From Acidobacteriota bacterium (GTDB taxonomy: Bacteria; Acidobacteriota; UBA6911), in NCBI GenBank assembly GCA_963664705.1, contig OY761556.1, forward strand, positions 6,624,001 through 6,688,000: a DNA stretch of 64,000 nt. The letters are read 5' to 3'. Shown here piece after piece: positions 43,345-52,746 of this stretch. The notes under the pieces are model-generated. The model was not told the DNA's origin. It saw nothing but the letters and a program-made list of their open reading frames with translations, and ran no database searches. The translations under genes were made by a program, and so were the position numbers. The stretch's first letter is position 1. Each line of letters opens with the position of its first letter.

Positions 43345-45654
43345 CTAGTACGCTGTCTGCGCAGCTGCTTTTGCTTTCTGGTCCTTTTCCTTAACCGCCT
43401 TCAAAACCTTTTCCGGTTTCAGGACGTTGCTAAAGAATTCGGCACCGACAGCTTGATATACCGCATTCGCCAACGCGGGGGCTGCGGGCGCGATCGTCGC
43501 TTCGGCAGCTTCCTTGGCGCCAAACGGTCCGTTGGGTTCAAAGGTGGGAACTTCCAGGATCTCAATTTCCGGCATGTCGCGAGTCCGGAGGATTTTATAA
43601 TCCACGAATTCCGGGTTCAGAAGCATGCCCTGATCCATCGGCATCTCTTCACAGAGACCATAACCGAGTCCCATGTGAATCGATCCTTCCACCTGGCCGC
43701 GTGCGCCCAGCGGGTTGATGATCTGGCCGGAGTCATGAACCACCAGAACATCCTGTGCGGTTACGTGACCGGTTTCACGGTCGACTTTGGCTTTGATGGC
43801 CATGATTCCCATGCCGTAGGCAGGCGAAATCATGCCTTTGTTATGAGGTGTGTAATGGCCGGTTCCAGTCAGAGGCACGCCGTCATTGGCCCTGATTGCA
43901 TCTTTTACGAGGTCGTAATAGGAGAGTCCCCGTTCCGGGCGCAGCTCAAGGTAGATCCTGTGGTCTTTGGCAATGAGGTCGTAGGCGATATTTTCGCCCA
44001 GCTTCAGCCTTGCGATATCGACGAGCTTCTGTTTGACCTGTGACGCGGCATCCTTAATGGCATTGCCGTTCATCAGGGTCTCGCGGCTGCCCCACGCGCC
44101 GAGATCGGTGTAGGCATGAGCGGTGTCCCCCATGTGCAGGCGGATATCCTTGATCCCGATGCCCAGCTCTTCCGCGCAGATCATGGCGGCTACCGTGTTG
44201 TGCCCCTGTCCGCAATCGGCTGCCTGGCTGTACAGATCGACCGTTCCATCGTAGTTCACCTTGATGTGAGCCGAGGAATAGGCGTACGGAGTATCGATCC
44301 AGTTGAAGATACCACCGGACATGTAGGCAAATCCGCAATATCCGATACCTTCATCCTTTTCGAGTTTGGGCCATTTTTCCTTGACCCGCACTTCCATCTT
44401 CTCGATGCAGGGCTGGATCCCGCAGCTTTCAAATTTATACTGGCCGGGAGCCGTGTAGCCGGGAGCCACCGCATTGATCTTCCGGATCTGCAGCGGATCA
44501 ATTCCCAAATCCTTGGCAGCTCTGTCCAACTGGGTTTCAGCACAATACTTGGCCGGAACGGCTCCGAAACCGCGGATCGAGGTGCCCCATACGATGTTCG
44601 TGTATGTACGAACGCCGTCGTATCGGTAATTGGGGATCTTATAAGGCATGGTGATGAACGTGCCGGTCAGATAGAGCGTCGTGGCGCCCAGGCCGGTGAA
44701 TGCGCCTCCATTGGTGATCGTCTTCACTTCAAACGCGACGATCTCGCCCGTCTTCTTCAACCCGACCTTCAGGGCCATGTGTTGGGCGGTGCGGTGTTCC
44801 GTGGTGGTGAATTCTTCGTCTCTGTTGAAGACGATCTTGACAGGTCGCCCGGTCTTCATGGAGAGGATGGCCGCGTTGGTGGCATCCGGCATGGTGGAAT
44901 TCTTGCCGCCATAGTGGCCGCCGACATGCGGTTTGATCACGCGGACGTCGCCTTCGCGGATTTTCAATGCTTCCGCCAGGTTCTGCTGGACGAAGTAAGG
45001 AGATCCAGTGGAGGTCCATACGGTCAACCGACCCGTGCCTTTGTCGTAGCTGGCGATGGTGTTGTGCACTTCCATCGCGCAGGGATGAGCCGCTTCGAGA
45101 ACGTACCGATCTTCACGAACGTAATCCGCCTGGGCAAATCCTTCGTCCACGTTGCCCCATTCAATGTGGCGCGTCGCGTTGATGTTGCTGGGGAAGTCTT
45201 CGTGAACCATCGGCGCATCGTCTTTGATGGCTTCAATCGGATCGAAAACGGCCGGCAACGGCTCATAATCGACTTCGATCAAATCCAGAGCCTTTTCGGC
45301 AATCTCTTCAGTCGTAGCCGCAACGGCAGCCACGGGGTCACCGATGAAACGGACCTTGTCGGTCGCCAGAGCCGTCTGATCGGCCAGTTCGCGGAAGCGT
45401 CTCCACAAGCCCCATTTTCCGCCCGGGGTGTCTTTCGCGGTGATGATGCATTTCACGCCCGGCAGTTTTTCGGCTTCGCTGGTGTTGACGCTGACGATTT
45501 TTGCATGCGGATACGGGCTTCTCAGAAGCTTGCCGTACAGCATATTCGGCAGGGTAATGTCGATGGCGTAGGCCGCTTCGCCCGTAACCTTCGCAGGTCC
45601 GTCGACGTTGGGTGTCGGTTTACCGATGATGGAATATTTGGAATTCTCGCTCAT
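43345..45654 (-). CDS. Xanthine dehydrogenase family molybdopterin-binding (large) subunit
   Basis: LRSPYPHA, GGHYGGK, RGFG, GQG, GPFGAKEAAE; ATG overlaps the upstream stop (TAATG). Confidence 0.95.
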   Translation of the reverse strand: MSENSKYSIIGKPTPNVDGPAKVTGEAAYAIDITLPNMLYGKLLRSPYPHAKIVSVNTSEAEKLPGVKCIITAKDTPGGKWGLWRRFRELADQTALATDKVRFIGDPVAAVAATTEEIAEKALDLIEVDYEPLPAVFDPIEAIKDDAPMVHEDFPSNINATRHIEWGNVDEGFAQADYVREDRYVLEAAHPCAMEVHNTIASYDKGTGRLTVWTSTGSPYFVQQNLAEALKIREGDVRVIKPHVGGHYGGKNSTMPDATNAAILSMKTGRPVKIVFNRDEEFTTTEHRTAQHMALKVGLKKTGEIVAFEVKTITNGGAFTGLGATTLYLTGTFITMPYKIPNYRYDGVRTYTNIVWGTSIRGFGAVPAKYCAETQLDRAAKDLGIDPLQIRKINAVAPGYTAPGQYKFESCGIQPCIEKMEVRVKEKWPKLEKDEGIGYCGFAYMSGGIFNWIDTPYAYSSAHIKVNYDGTVDLYSQAADCGQGHNTVAAMICAEELGIGIKDIRLHMGDTAHAYTDLGAWGSRETLMNGNAIKDAASQVKQKLVDIARLKLGENIAYDLIAKDHRIYLELRPERGLSYYDLVKDAIRANDGVPLTGTGHYTPHNKGMISPAYGMGIMAIKAKVDRETGHVTAQDVLVVHDSGQIINPLGARGQVEGSIHMGLGYGLCEEMPMDQGMLLNPEFVDYKILRTRDMPEIEILEVPTFEPNGPFGAKEAAEATIAPAAPALANAVYQAVGAEFFSNVLKPEKVLKAVKEKDQKAKAAAQTAY

Positions 45655-46223
45655 TATGCCCCCTTCCCTGACTTCGCCGTCTGCGCCCACTTTTGCGCGG
45701 TTGCTTTGCCCGGCAATTTCATTGCAGCCTCTTTCTGCGCTTCCTGATTTTTCTGCGCCTGCAGGCGCTTTGCCGCGTCCTGGACGGCTTCGATAATCAT
45801 GTTGTAGCCGGTACAACGGCAGATGTGGCCATCCAGCTGTTCCTGGATCTGTACCCTGGTAGGATCGGGATTCTCATCCAGCAGGGCTTTGGTCGCCATG
45901 ATCTGGCCTGATGTGCAGAATCCGCACTGGAAAGCCCAATTATCAACAAATGACTGCTGAATCGGGTGCAACTGTGTGCCCTGCGCGAGTCCTTCGACCG
46001 TCAGAACTTCCTTGCCGTTTACCTGCATTGCCAGAATGGAGCAGGATTTGACCGCCTTGCCTTCAATGACGACGGTGCATGCTGCACAGGAGCTGCTGTC
46101 GCACGCCTGATGCGTACCCTTCAGCCCCAGGTGTTCCCGGATTACCTGAACCAGAAGAGTCTTGGGTTCGATAAAAAGCTCGTGCGACTCCCCGTTCACA
46201 ACTATGTTAAACTGCTGTTTCAT
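45654..46223 (-). CDS. 2x[2Fe-2S] small subunit (CoxS/XdhC-like)
   Basis: CDSSSCAAC...SC, QCGFC, CRCTGY. Confidence 0.95.
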   Translation of the reverse strand: MKQQFNIVVNGESHELFIEPKTLLVQVIREHLGLKGTHQACDSSSCAACTVVIEGKAVKSCSILAMQVNGKEVLTVEGLAQGTQLHPIQQSFVDNWAFQCGFCTSGQIMATKALLDENPDPTRVQIQEQLDGHICRCTGYNMIIEAVQDAAKRLQAQKNQEAQKEAAMKLPGKATAQKWAQTAKSGKGA

Positions 46224-46247
46224 AACGTACCCCCATTTGTCCTAGAA

Positions 46248-47135
46248 TTAGGCCTTCTGCGCTCTTTCCAAGGCTATCTTTCCAACTCGTCTCACCAAGG
46301 TTCCCGCCAGTTCCTTCTTGTATTCCGCGGATGCTTCAATGCCGGATACAGGGCTGGTTTCTTCTGAAGCTACTTTCGCTGCCTCAGCAAGCACCTCATC
46401 GGTGATCTTCTTCCCAATCAGAACGGCTTCCGCCTGCTTGGCTCTGAGCGGAGCGGTAGCAACGCCGCCCAACCCGATCCTGGCATTGGTGCACACTTCT
46501 TTTTTCTGATCGAGGGTGATCAACACGGAGGCGGATGCGAGGGCATAGTCTCCCTGCATCTGGGAATATTTTGTGAAATAGACGCCGGTATTCGGCGGCA
46601 GGGCAGGAATCGAAATTTCAGTAGCCATCTCGCCAGGCTGGACGGTGGTTTCGAAAAAGTCCAAAGCGAACTCTTCGGCATCAACCACTCTCTCTTCGCC
46701 TTTGCTGGCTACCTTGATTTTTGCATCCAGCGCAATCAGCGGCGGACCGGGATCGACGGCAGGATCTGCATTGCAGAGATCGCCGACGACTGTGCCCCAG
46801 TTTCGCGTTTCAACGGAGGCAACGTTCTCTTCCATCTCGCAAAGCACGGCGTACTTTTCCCGAACGATCGGTGACAGCTCGAGAGACCGGTGCGTGGCAC
46901 AGGCACCAATCTTCAACCCTTCCTTCGGATCGAAGGTAATGTAATCGAGATCGGCAACATTCTTGATGTCAATGATGTATTCAGGCGCGATCAATCGGTG
47001 CTTCATCGCGGTGTTCAAAGACTGGCCACCTGCGATGATTCTGTATTCATCGTCTTTGTGTTGGGAAAGCAGTTCAAGCGCTTCCTCAACCGTTGTTGCA
47101 GGTAAATATTCAAAATCAGTGGTAATGGCCTTCAT
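46248..47135 (-). CDS. FAD-binding medium subunit (CoxM/XdhB-like)
   Basis: AGGQSL, RNWGTVVGDLCNADP, ASAEYK. Confidence 0.93.
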   Translation of the reverse strand: MKAITTDFEYLPATTVEEALELLSQHKDDEYRIIAGGQSLNTAMKHRLIAPEYIIDIKNVADLDYITFDPKEGLKIGACATHRSLELSPIVREKYAVLCEMEENVASVETRNWGTVVGDLCNADPAVDPGPPLIALDAKIKVASKGEERVVDAEEFALDFFETTVQPGEMATEISIPALPPNTGVYFTKYSQMQGDYALASASVLITLDQKKEVCTNARIGLGGVATAPLRAKQAEAVLIGKKITDEVLAEAAKVASEETSPVSGIEASAEYKKELAGTLVRRVGKIALERAQKA

Positions 47136-47534
47136 TTGAGCTTGACCCCCTTATCTTTACAGTTTGTTTCTCTCCCTCAAGGGCGGCAAAGGAAGCAGCA
47201 ATCACCTGTCATGAAGAGAAAAAAGAACGGAGAAAACTGCATGATTACTTGATTCCCCGGTGTGCTTCCCTGTTTCCATTTTGGATAATGCCGGATTACA
47301 TCAACTACAACGCTTGCCCGGATTTTGGATAGATTGAGGGATTCTGCTATAAGCGGAGCTATTCAATCCGGGGATTTCTACACACATCTCCTAACATAAT
47401 AACAAGTTGGCTTGCCCTGTCCTCGGTTCGGGGTGTTTGCTGCATTCCAATCTTCTGTCCCCCAATATGGGCAATAATCAGTTTACTAATGAATTAGGTG
47501 CCTGCGAGCCATCATAAGGATATAGCTTAGCTGG

Positions 47535-47765
47535 TTAGGAATTAACCACCAGATACCCGGTAGAGCATTGATCGCACTTGACGATTTTTGCAGCGGCGGG
47601 GTAGCCCATGCTTTCGAGCGGGCCAGTGAGCTTTGTGCTGTCTCCTCTATAATGATCCTGGAAGCAGGCATTGAAATGCCGTCCCCTATAGAGGGAGCAA
47701 TTAATGCACGCTCTGCCTGAGAGCGGGCACTTTACGATGTTCTTGGACACCTTGCGTTTTACCAT
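47535..47765 (-). CDS. Small Cys-rich hypothetical protein
   Basis: GAGAGGT RBS; CPLSGRACINCSLYRGRH..C and a C-terminal CxxC. Confidence 0.65.
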   Translation of the reverse strand: MVKRKVSKNIVKCPLSGRACINCSLYRGRHFNACFQDHYRGDSTKLTGPLESMGYPAAAKIVKCDQCSTGYLVVNS

Positions 47766-47928
47766 AACTACCTCTCTAAATCTAAAGAAACGCCTCATCT
47801 TAGAAAAACGAAGTTGAGACTGTCAATACAATAGTTTCACTCTACGGAACTGCCGATCTGCTTCGCTTTGCGGCAGTAACAACGAGCTTTCAATCCTGAT
47901 GCTGCGCTTGCTAATTTCCGGGCGTGTG

Positions 47929-47944
47929 TGCATAAATCATGCCA
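47929..47944 (-). promoter_or_regulatory. sigma54 (-24/-12) promoter
   Basis: TGGCATGATTTATGCA on the minus strand with canonical GG-N10-GC spacing, pointing at the Mo-hydroxylase genes. Confidence 0.65.
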
Positions 47945-47947
47945 AGT

Positions 47948-48398
47948 TAGATCCAGCGTCTAAGTGTTTATCACAAAGTCCAGTTTTTTTCCACGAATAA
48001 CAGTTTTCTTTTTTGTCATAGATTTGAGCATATGCTCTTGTCGTCATAGATCCCGTGTATGAAATAGACTTGCCGTCTAAAAACTGGTCGTGATGATTGT
48101 ACATAAAAACCAACCCAGGCGCGGTCTGGAGACGCTATTGATACAAAAGGCATCCCGTCTTTAAACTGGATTATTTGTCCACAAATCTATCATCTCCTCC
48201 AGAAAGGTTGATAAAACAAATTTCCTATAGCGATCAAAAAGCATCGTCCGCAGAATTCCCACGCTCCGTTTCCAGCCGCATGAAGCTTCCCCGGAATCCT
48301 CGTTCAGGCCGCCGGCCAGGTGGAATTCGACCCCCTGCGATCATTATTCGAAAGAAAAATAAAAGGCGGATTTGGAGCAATAATAGATTTGACGTCTA
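47948..48398. promoter_or_regulatory. Three copies of the palindromic motif TAGAY-N5-GTCTA
   Basis: Copies at 47948-47962, 48065-48079 and 48384-48398. Confidence 0.55.
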
Positions 48399-49000
48399 AA
48401 CATTCGTCACGGGATCCATTTTATTATGAACATTATACATATGTTTTTCTTCATTGATCTGGACATGCCATCCAAATAGTCCCGGTTCCGGTGTCTCAGC
48501 ACCCAAGGCTTTTCCCTTGACAACACCGTTCCATCTGGTGGAATGTAATCCGCGTTGTTTGGGGTCGTAGTAGGAAATTGCCATGGCACGGTTGCCGGTC
48601 AGCCCGTTATGGCGGCCTGGTTTTTTTGTAAAATTTCCATGACAAAACAACCGCTGATTGGGTTTTCGGCCAGCCTTACCGAATCCCCAGTGTTGTTGGG
48701 CATTATCTTAAATGAAGCGAAGGAGTCGAACTCTACCGGGACCGGATCAGGTTTTGTTATTCAAGCGGAAGATCCTCCCGGCCTTAAGCTGAAATCGTTT
48801 GGCGGCGAATGGTTGTAGATTTGAATGTTACTCGTTTTATTCAGTAATAGTAAATCAGATGAAGCAATGAACAACCGCCACTAGGTTTCAATGCCACGTT
48901 ACCACGCGCGCCGCACGGTTCTAGTCTGTCTGCTCATTCTGTTCTATGCGAAGTTGTCCGGGAGACAGAACAGGGCCGCCGATGCGGGAAGGAGTCTACA

Positions 49001-50962
49001 ATGATTGTAGGAGTGATAGGCTCGGGTTCAATCGGACCCGACCTGGCGTATGGTTTCCTCTCTTCCCTTGCAGCGGGGGAGGGGGGGAAGGTGTACCTCC
49101 TCGATATTAAGAAGGAGGCTTTAGACGCTGGAGTTGCACGTATCGAAGGATACATCGGCAAAGCCCTGGCACGCGGTCGTATGAGCCAGAAGGCCGCCGA
49201 AGCCACCCGCGCAGCCCTTATCCCGACGATGGAGATCAAAGACCTCGCGGGCTGCGACTACGTTCTTGAGGCCGCAACAGAAGACCTCAAAATCAAGAAA
49301 GTCATTCTCAAAAATCTGGAATCGGTCGTCCGCGCGGATTGCCTGATCGGCTTCGCCACGTCCGCAATTCCAAGAGCCTGGATTGCCGTAGATGCCGCGC
49401 ACCCGGAACGGTGTTTTGTGAATCATCCGTTCTACCCGGCATGGCGCGCGCTCCCGATCGAGGTCGTTTCCTCCGGCGATGCTGCGCTGACCAAAAAGAT
49501 GATGGATGTAATGCAGACGCTCGGAAAGGTGCCGATCGCGACGGCGGATGTCGTCGCTTTTGCTTCCGATGACGTATTCAGCAATTACATTGTTGAAGCG
49601 GTGCGCATTGTACAGGAAGGGATTGCAACCGCTCCCCAGGTGGATCAGATCGTCAATAACGCGATTGGCGGCGGTGGGCCGCTCAACGTGATGGATCTGA
49701 CCAACGGCAACGTGCTGGTTGTGCACATTCAGGAGTTGATGCAGGAGGCTTATGGAGAGTGGTTCGCGCCGCCGGCATTGCTTGTGAAGAAGGGCACGGA
49801 CAGATGGCGTAACCCGAAGGGACCCGAGGATACAACCTACACAGCGGAACAAGCAAAGCAGGTGATGGATCGAATCCTCGCCGTTCTGCTCGGTCGCGCC
49901 TACGCTGTCGCCGAAAACGGCGTATGCGATCCTTCGGATCTGAACTGGCTCCTGAAGTTCTCTCTGGGCTACAACGAGGGAACGCTGGACCTCGGCAAGA
50001 AGCTTGGCGCCGACAAAGTGGCCGAGCTTTGCCTGAATTTCCAGAAAAAATTCCCCAGCTTCCCGGTTCCGAAATGCGTAGTCGAGAAGAAGCTGCCGGT
50101 TTATTACCGTGATGTCACGGTTGCCCGTGATGGCGACATCGCCGTGGTTGCGGTTCGCAGGCCCGAGTCCAAGAATGCGCTCTGCATGCAGGCCGTTCAG
50201 GAACTCAAGACTGTGTTCGAATCGCTGGAAGCCGACGCAAGCGTCAAAGGCGTTGTATTCACAGGCTTCGGTGGCGCGCTTTCCGGCGCCGATGTCAATG
50301 AATTCACTACTTTGACCACTCGTGAAGAGACGCTGGGCATCTGTTTCAAGGCTCATCCCGTGCAGAAATTCATCGCCGGCATGAAGAAGCCCGTTGTCGC
50401 GGCCGTGGATGGTCCGGTCATGGGCGGCGGCGCGGAATTCTGCATGTCCTGCCATGCCCGCGTGGTCGGTCCGAACCTGGTTTTCGGACAGCCTGAAGTC
50501 AACCTCGGAATCATTCCCGGATACGGCGCCACGCAGCGCCTGCCGCGCATTGTCGGCGTGGAAAAAGCTCTCGAGCTGCTGCGGACTGCCCGCTCCATCG
50601 GTGCCAAGGAAGCCTGCGAAATCGGCTGGGCAACCGGCAAACCTGAGGCAGACTATATCGGTGCGGCCAAGGCTCTCATCCGCGAACACCTCGCAGGAAA
50701 AGTGAAGCTTGCCTCCGTCAACCCGGCTCCCATTGCGGTTCCGGACCAGATTCCCAATGTTGAAATCGGCCACCGGTCTTTGGTCATCGACAAGATTCTG
50801 GTCAATGCGGTCAAACAGGGATTGCGACTCCCGCTCGACGAAGGACTCAAAGTCGAGGCGAATGCTTTCGCCGACTCCAAAGTGACGGTTGATGCGGACA
50901 TCGGTATCAAAAACTTTTCCCAGAACGGCCCGCGTACACCGGCCGCCTTTATCAACGAGTAG
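49001..50962 (+). CDS. 3-hydroxyacyl-CoA dehydrogenase / enoyl-CoA hydratase fusion (HAD-ECH order)
   Basis: GSGSIG NAD-binding motif, EAATEDLKIK, then a crotonase domain with GGGAEF and QPEVNLGIIPGYG. Confidence 0.92.
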   Translation: MIVGVIGSGSIGPDLAYGFLSSLAAGEGGKVYLLDIKKEALDAGVARIEGYIGKALARGRMSQKAAEATRAALIPTMEIKDLAGCDYVLEAATEDLKIKKVILKNLESVVRADCLIGFATSAIPRAWIAVDAAHPERCFVNHPFYPAWRALPIEVVSSGDAALTKKMMDVMQTLGKVPIATADVVAFASDDVFSNYIVEAVRIVQEGIATAPQVDQIVNNAIGGGGPLNVMDLTNGNVLVVHIQELMQEAYGEWFAPPALLVKKGTDRWRNPKGPEDTTYTAEQAKQVMDRILAVLLGRAYAVAENGVCDPSDLNWLLKFSLGYNEGTLDLGKKLGADKVAELCLNFQKKFPSFPVPKCVVEKKLPVYYRDVTVARDGDIAVVAVRRPESKNALCMQAVQELKTVFESLEADASVKGVVFTGFGGALSGADVNEFTTLTTREETLGICFKAHPVQKFIAGMKKPVVAAVDGPVMGGGAEFCMSCHARVVGPNLVFGQPEVNLGIIPGYGATQRLPRIVGVEKALELLRTARSIGAKEACEIGWATGKPEADYIGAAKALIREHLAGKVKLASVNPAPIAVPDQIPNVEIGHRSLVIDKILVNAVKQGLRLPLDEGLKVEANAFADSKVTVDADIGIKNFSQNGPRTPAAFINE

Positions 50963-50976
50963 GAGGGACAGCGACT

Positions 50977-52260
50977 ATGGCCAAAGAAAAATCAATTGTC
51001 GTTCTCGATGGCGGCCGCCGGCTGCCTCGGGCAGACATACTGCACAACAATAAGGGCCCTGGGCTCTTTACCCGATTTACCGCTACTCAACTTGGCGGAC
51101 TCGCCGTGAAAGCGGCTTTGGATCACACCCCGATCGACAAAAAGCTGATCGGCGGCGTGGTCATGGGGATGGCGGCGCATAGCCATCGCGACTCCATCTA
51201 TGGAGCGCAAGGGATGAAATGGCGGGCCGGCATCGGTTTCGATGTTCCGGCGCTGACCGTTGCCCGTATCTGCGGCAGCGGAGCAGAAGCGATTTCGGTG
51301 GCCTCCGAAATGGCTCTGGCGGGATTGCGGCATGACGAGGCACGCCCATTCTATATCGCGGGCGGTGCCGAGAGCATGCAGTACCCGTTCTCTCTTTACA
51401 ACATGCGCGGCAAACAGGTAGGAACTTCCGTTCAGAAGTACGGTCCTATCGACAGCAAGTCTCTCCCTCCCGGAACCGCGATCCAGGATGCACTCATGAT
51501 GTGCCTGTATGATCCGAGTGCTCAGATGGCGATGTCCAATACCGCCGAGGAACTTGGACGACGGTACGGCATCACCCGCGAGGAGTGCGATCGCTTCGGC
51601 TATCGCTCCCACGTGAATGCCAAAGCCGCCCGGGACGCCGGATACTTTGACGAAGAGATTGAGCCGGTCCTGGTTGAAGGGAACGGATCAACCGCTCCGA
51701 TTACCGTCAAGTACGACACCCATATCCTTGAAAATCCATCCCTGGAAGGCATGGCAAAACTGCCACCCGCGTTCGAGGCAAATGGTGTGATCACGGCCGG
51801 AAATGCCAGTGCTGTCGTCGACGGCGCGGCTGCCATGGTGCTCGGCCTGGAATCGGATGCCCAGAAGTACGGTCTGAAGCCTCTGTGCCGGATTATCGGT
51901 TATGGGCTCGCCGGTGTGGAATCCAAGATCATGGGAATCGGCCCGGTCCCTGCGACCCAGAAAGCCCTGGCAAAGGCCGGGATCAAGGGTGAACAGGTCG
52001 ACATCGTCGAAATCAACGAAGCGTTCTCGCCGCAGTCTCTGGCTTGCGCCCGCGATTTTGAAAAGATGGGAATTGACCCGGAAAAACTGAATCCTATGGG
52101 GAACGCCATCGCCCTGGGCCACCCGCTCGGTGCAACCGGTGCCATCCTGACTCTGACCTGCGCTTATGCCCTCCGCCGCAGAAAACTGCGCTACGGAGTG
52201 GTGACCATGTGCATCGGAGGCGGGCAAGGTATCGCTCTGGTCCTCGAATCGATCCACTAA
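50977..52260 (+). CDS. Thiolase (acetyl-CoA acyltransferase)
   Basis: ICGSG, NEAF, GHPLGATG, CIGGGQG. Confidence 0.95.
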   Translation: MAKEKSIVVLDGGRRLPRADILHNNKGPGLFTRFTATQLGGLAVKAALDHTPIDKKLIGGVVMGMAAHSHRDSIYGAQGMKWRAGIGFDVPALTVARICGSGAEAISVASEMALAGLRHDEARPFYIAGGAESMQYPFSLYNMRGKQVGTSVQKYGPIDSKSLPPGTAIQDALMMCLYDPSAQMAMSNTAEELGRRYGITREECDRFGYRSHVNAKAARDAGYFDEEIEPVLVEGNGSTAPITVKYDTHILENPSLEGMAKLPPAFEANGVITAGNASAVVDGAAAMVLGLESDAQKYGLKPLCRIIGYGLAGVESKIMGIGPVPATQKALAKAGIKGEQVDIVEINEAFSPQSLACARDFEKMGIDPEKLNPMGNAIALGHPLGATGAILTLTCAYALRRRKLRYGVVTMCIGGGQGIALVLESIH

Positions 52261-52319
52261 TTGCGGATTTCAGATTGCGGATTGCGGATTAAACTGATTT
52301 ATAATTCGCAATCCGCAAT
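52260..52319. repeat. Heptamer-repeat hairpin (ATTGCGG units with inverted CCGCAAT units)
   Basis: Read directly; sits at the thiolase stop codon. Confidence 0.75.
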
Positions 52320-52375
52320 TTTTATCTCGTGGATAATCCGATGGTTTGGCACCAGGGTGCTCCCTCCGGTGCAAA

Positions 52376-52467
52376 CAGGATTGAATGGCACACTCCAAAG
52401 GTTGCCGGTTGAAACTAAGGCATAAGAAATAACCTGATAATTTGGATGATGTTCTGATAGATTCCTG
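52376..52467 (+). ncRNA. Candidate Acido-Lenti-1/Bacteroidales-1-type structured RNA
   Basis: CAGGA/TCCTG closing stem with blocks TTGAATGG, GGTTGCCGGT and TGATGTTCTGATAG, which I recall from this motif class. No covariance search was run. Confidence 0.55.
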
Positions 52468-52653
52468 AAAGGCTGAAAGAATAAAGTAGGCTGTTAGTGT
52501 TTGGAATTTGCGAATCGAGGACAGGTGCGAGGCGTCTGCTATCCTGGTAACCTCATCGTTGTTACTGCCGTATTCCCGTGCAGCCCGATTTCCAAATTCA
52601 TGACTTTCGATACGCTCCGCACCGTATCCGGTTTGGGCGCTGTTTGAATTTAT

Positions 52654-52714
52654 GATTGACGATTTGCGATTGACGATTGAAAAGCCTCCAATCGTGCATC
52701 GGCAGTAAATCAAT
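52654..52714. repeat. Heptamer-repeat hairpin (GATTGAC units with inverted CAATCGT)
   Basis: Read directly from the sequence. Confidence 0.7.
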
Positions 52715-52746
52715 GTCGCCTGCGAGAACAACATTAAGGAGGAAAG

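Noticed and set aside
43345-47135. Aerobic CO dehydrogenase or bona fide 4-hydroxybenzoyl-CoA reductase
   Set aside because: There is no AYxCSFR loop in the large subunit and no [4Fe-4S] insertion in the FAD subunit.
47136-47534. Moco/Wco riboswitch in the leader of the Mo-enzyme operon
   Set aside because: I could not recognise the conserved blocks by eye; a cmscan would be needed.
48584-48599. TGGCACGGTTGC as a sigma54 promoter for the beta-oxidation operon
   Set aside because: The GG-to-GC spacing is 3 bp too short.
48175-48818. Short ORFs in the divergent intergenic region
   Set aside because: They have no convincing RBS or motifs; the region looks AT-rich and regulatory.
44116-50773. 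Long antisense ORFs (44116-45747 +, 49121-50773 -) and similar shadow ORFs elsewhere
   Set aside because: They lie opposite well-supported genes with biased codon use and show no motifs or RBS.
52270-52734. 154-aa minus-strand ORF between thiolase and the FAD oxidoreductase
   Set aside because: It is built partly from heptamer repeats and is antisense to the operon and the ncRNA candidate.
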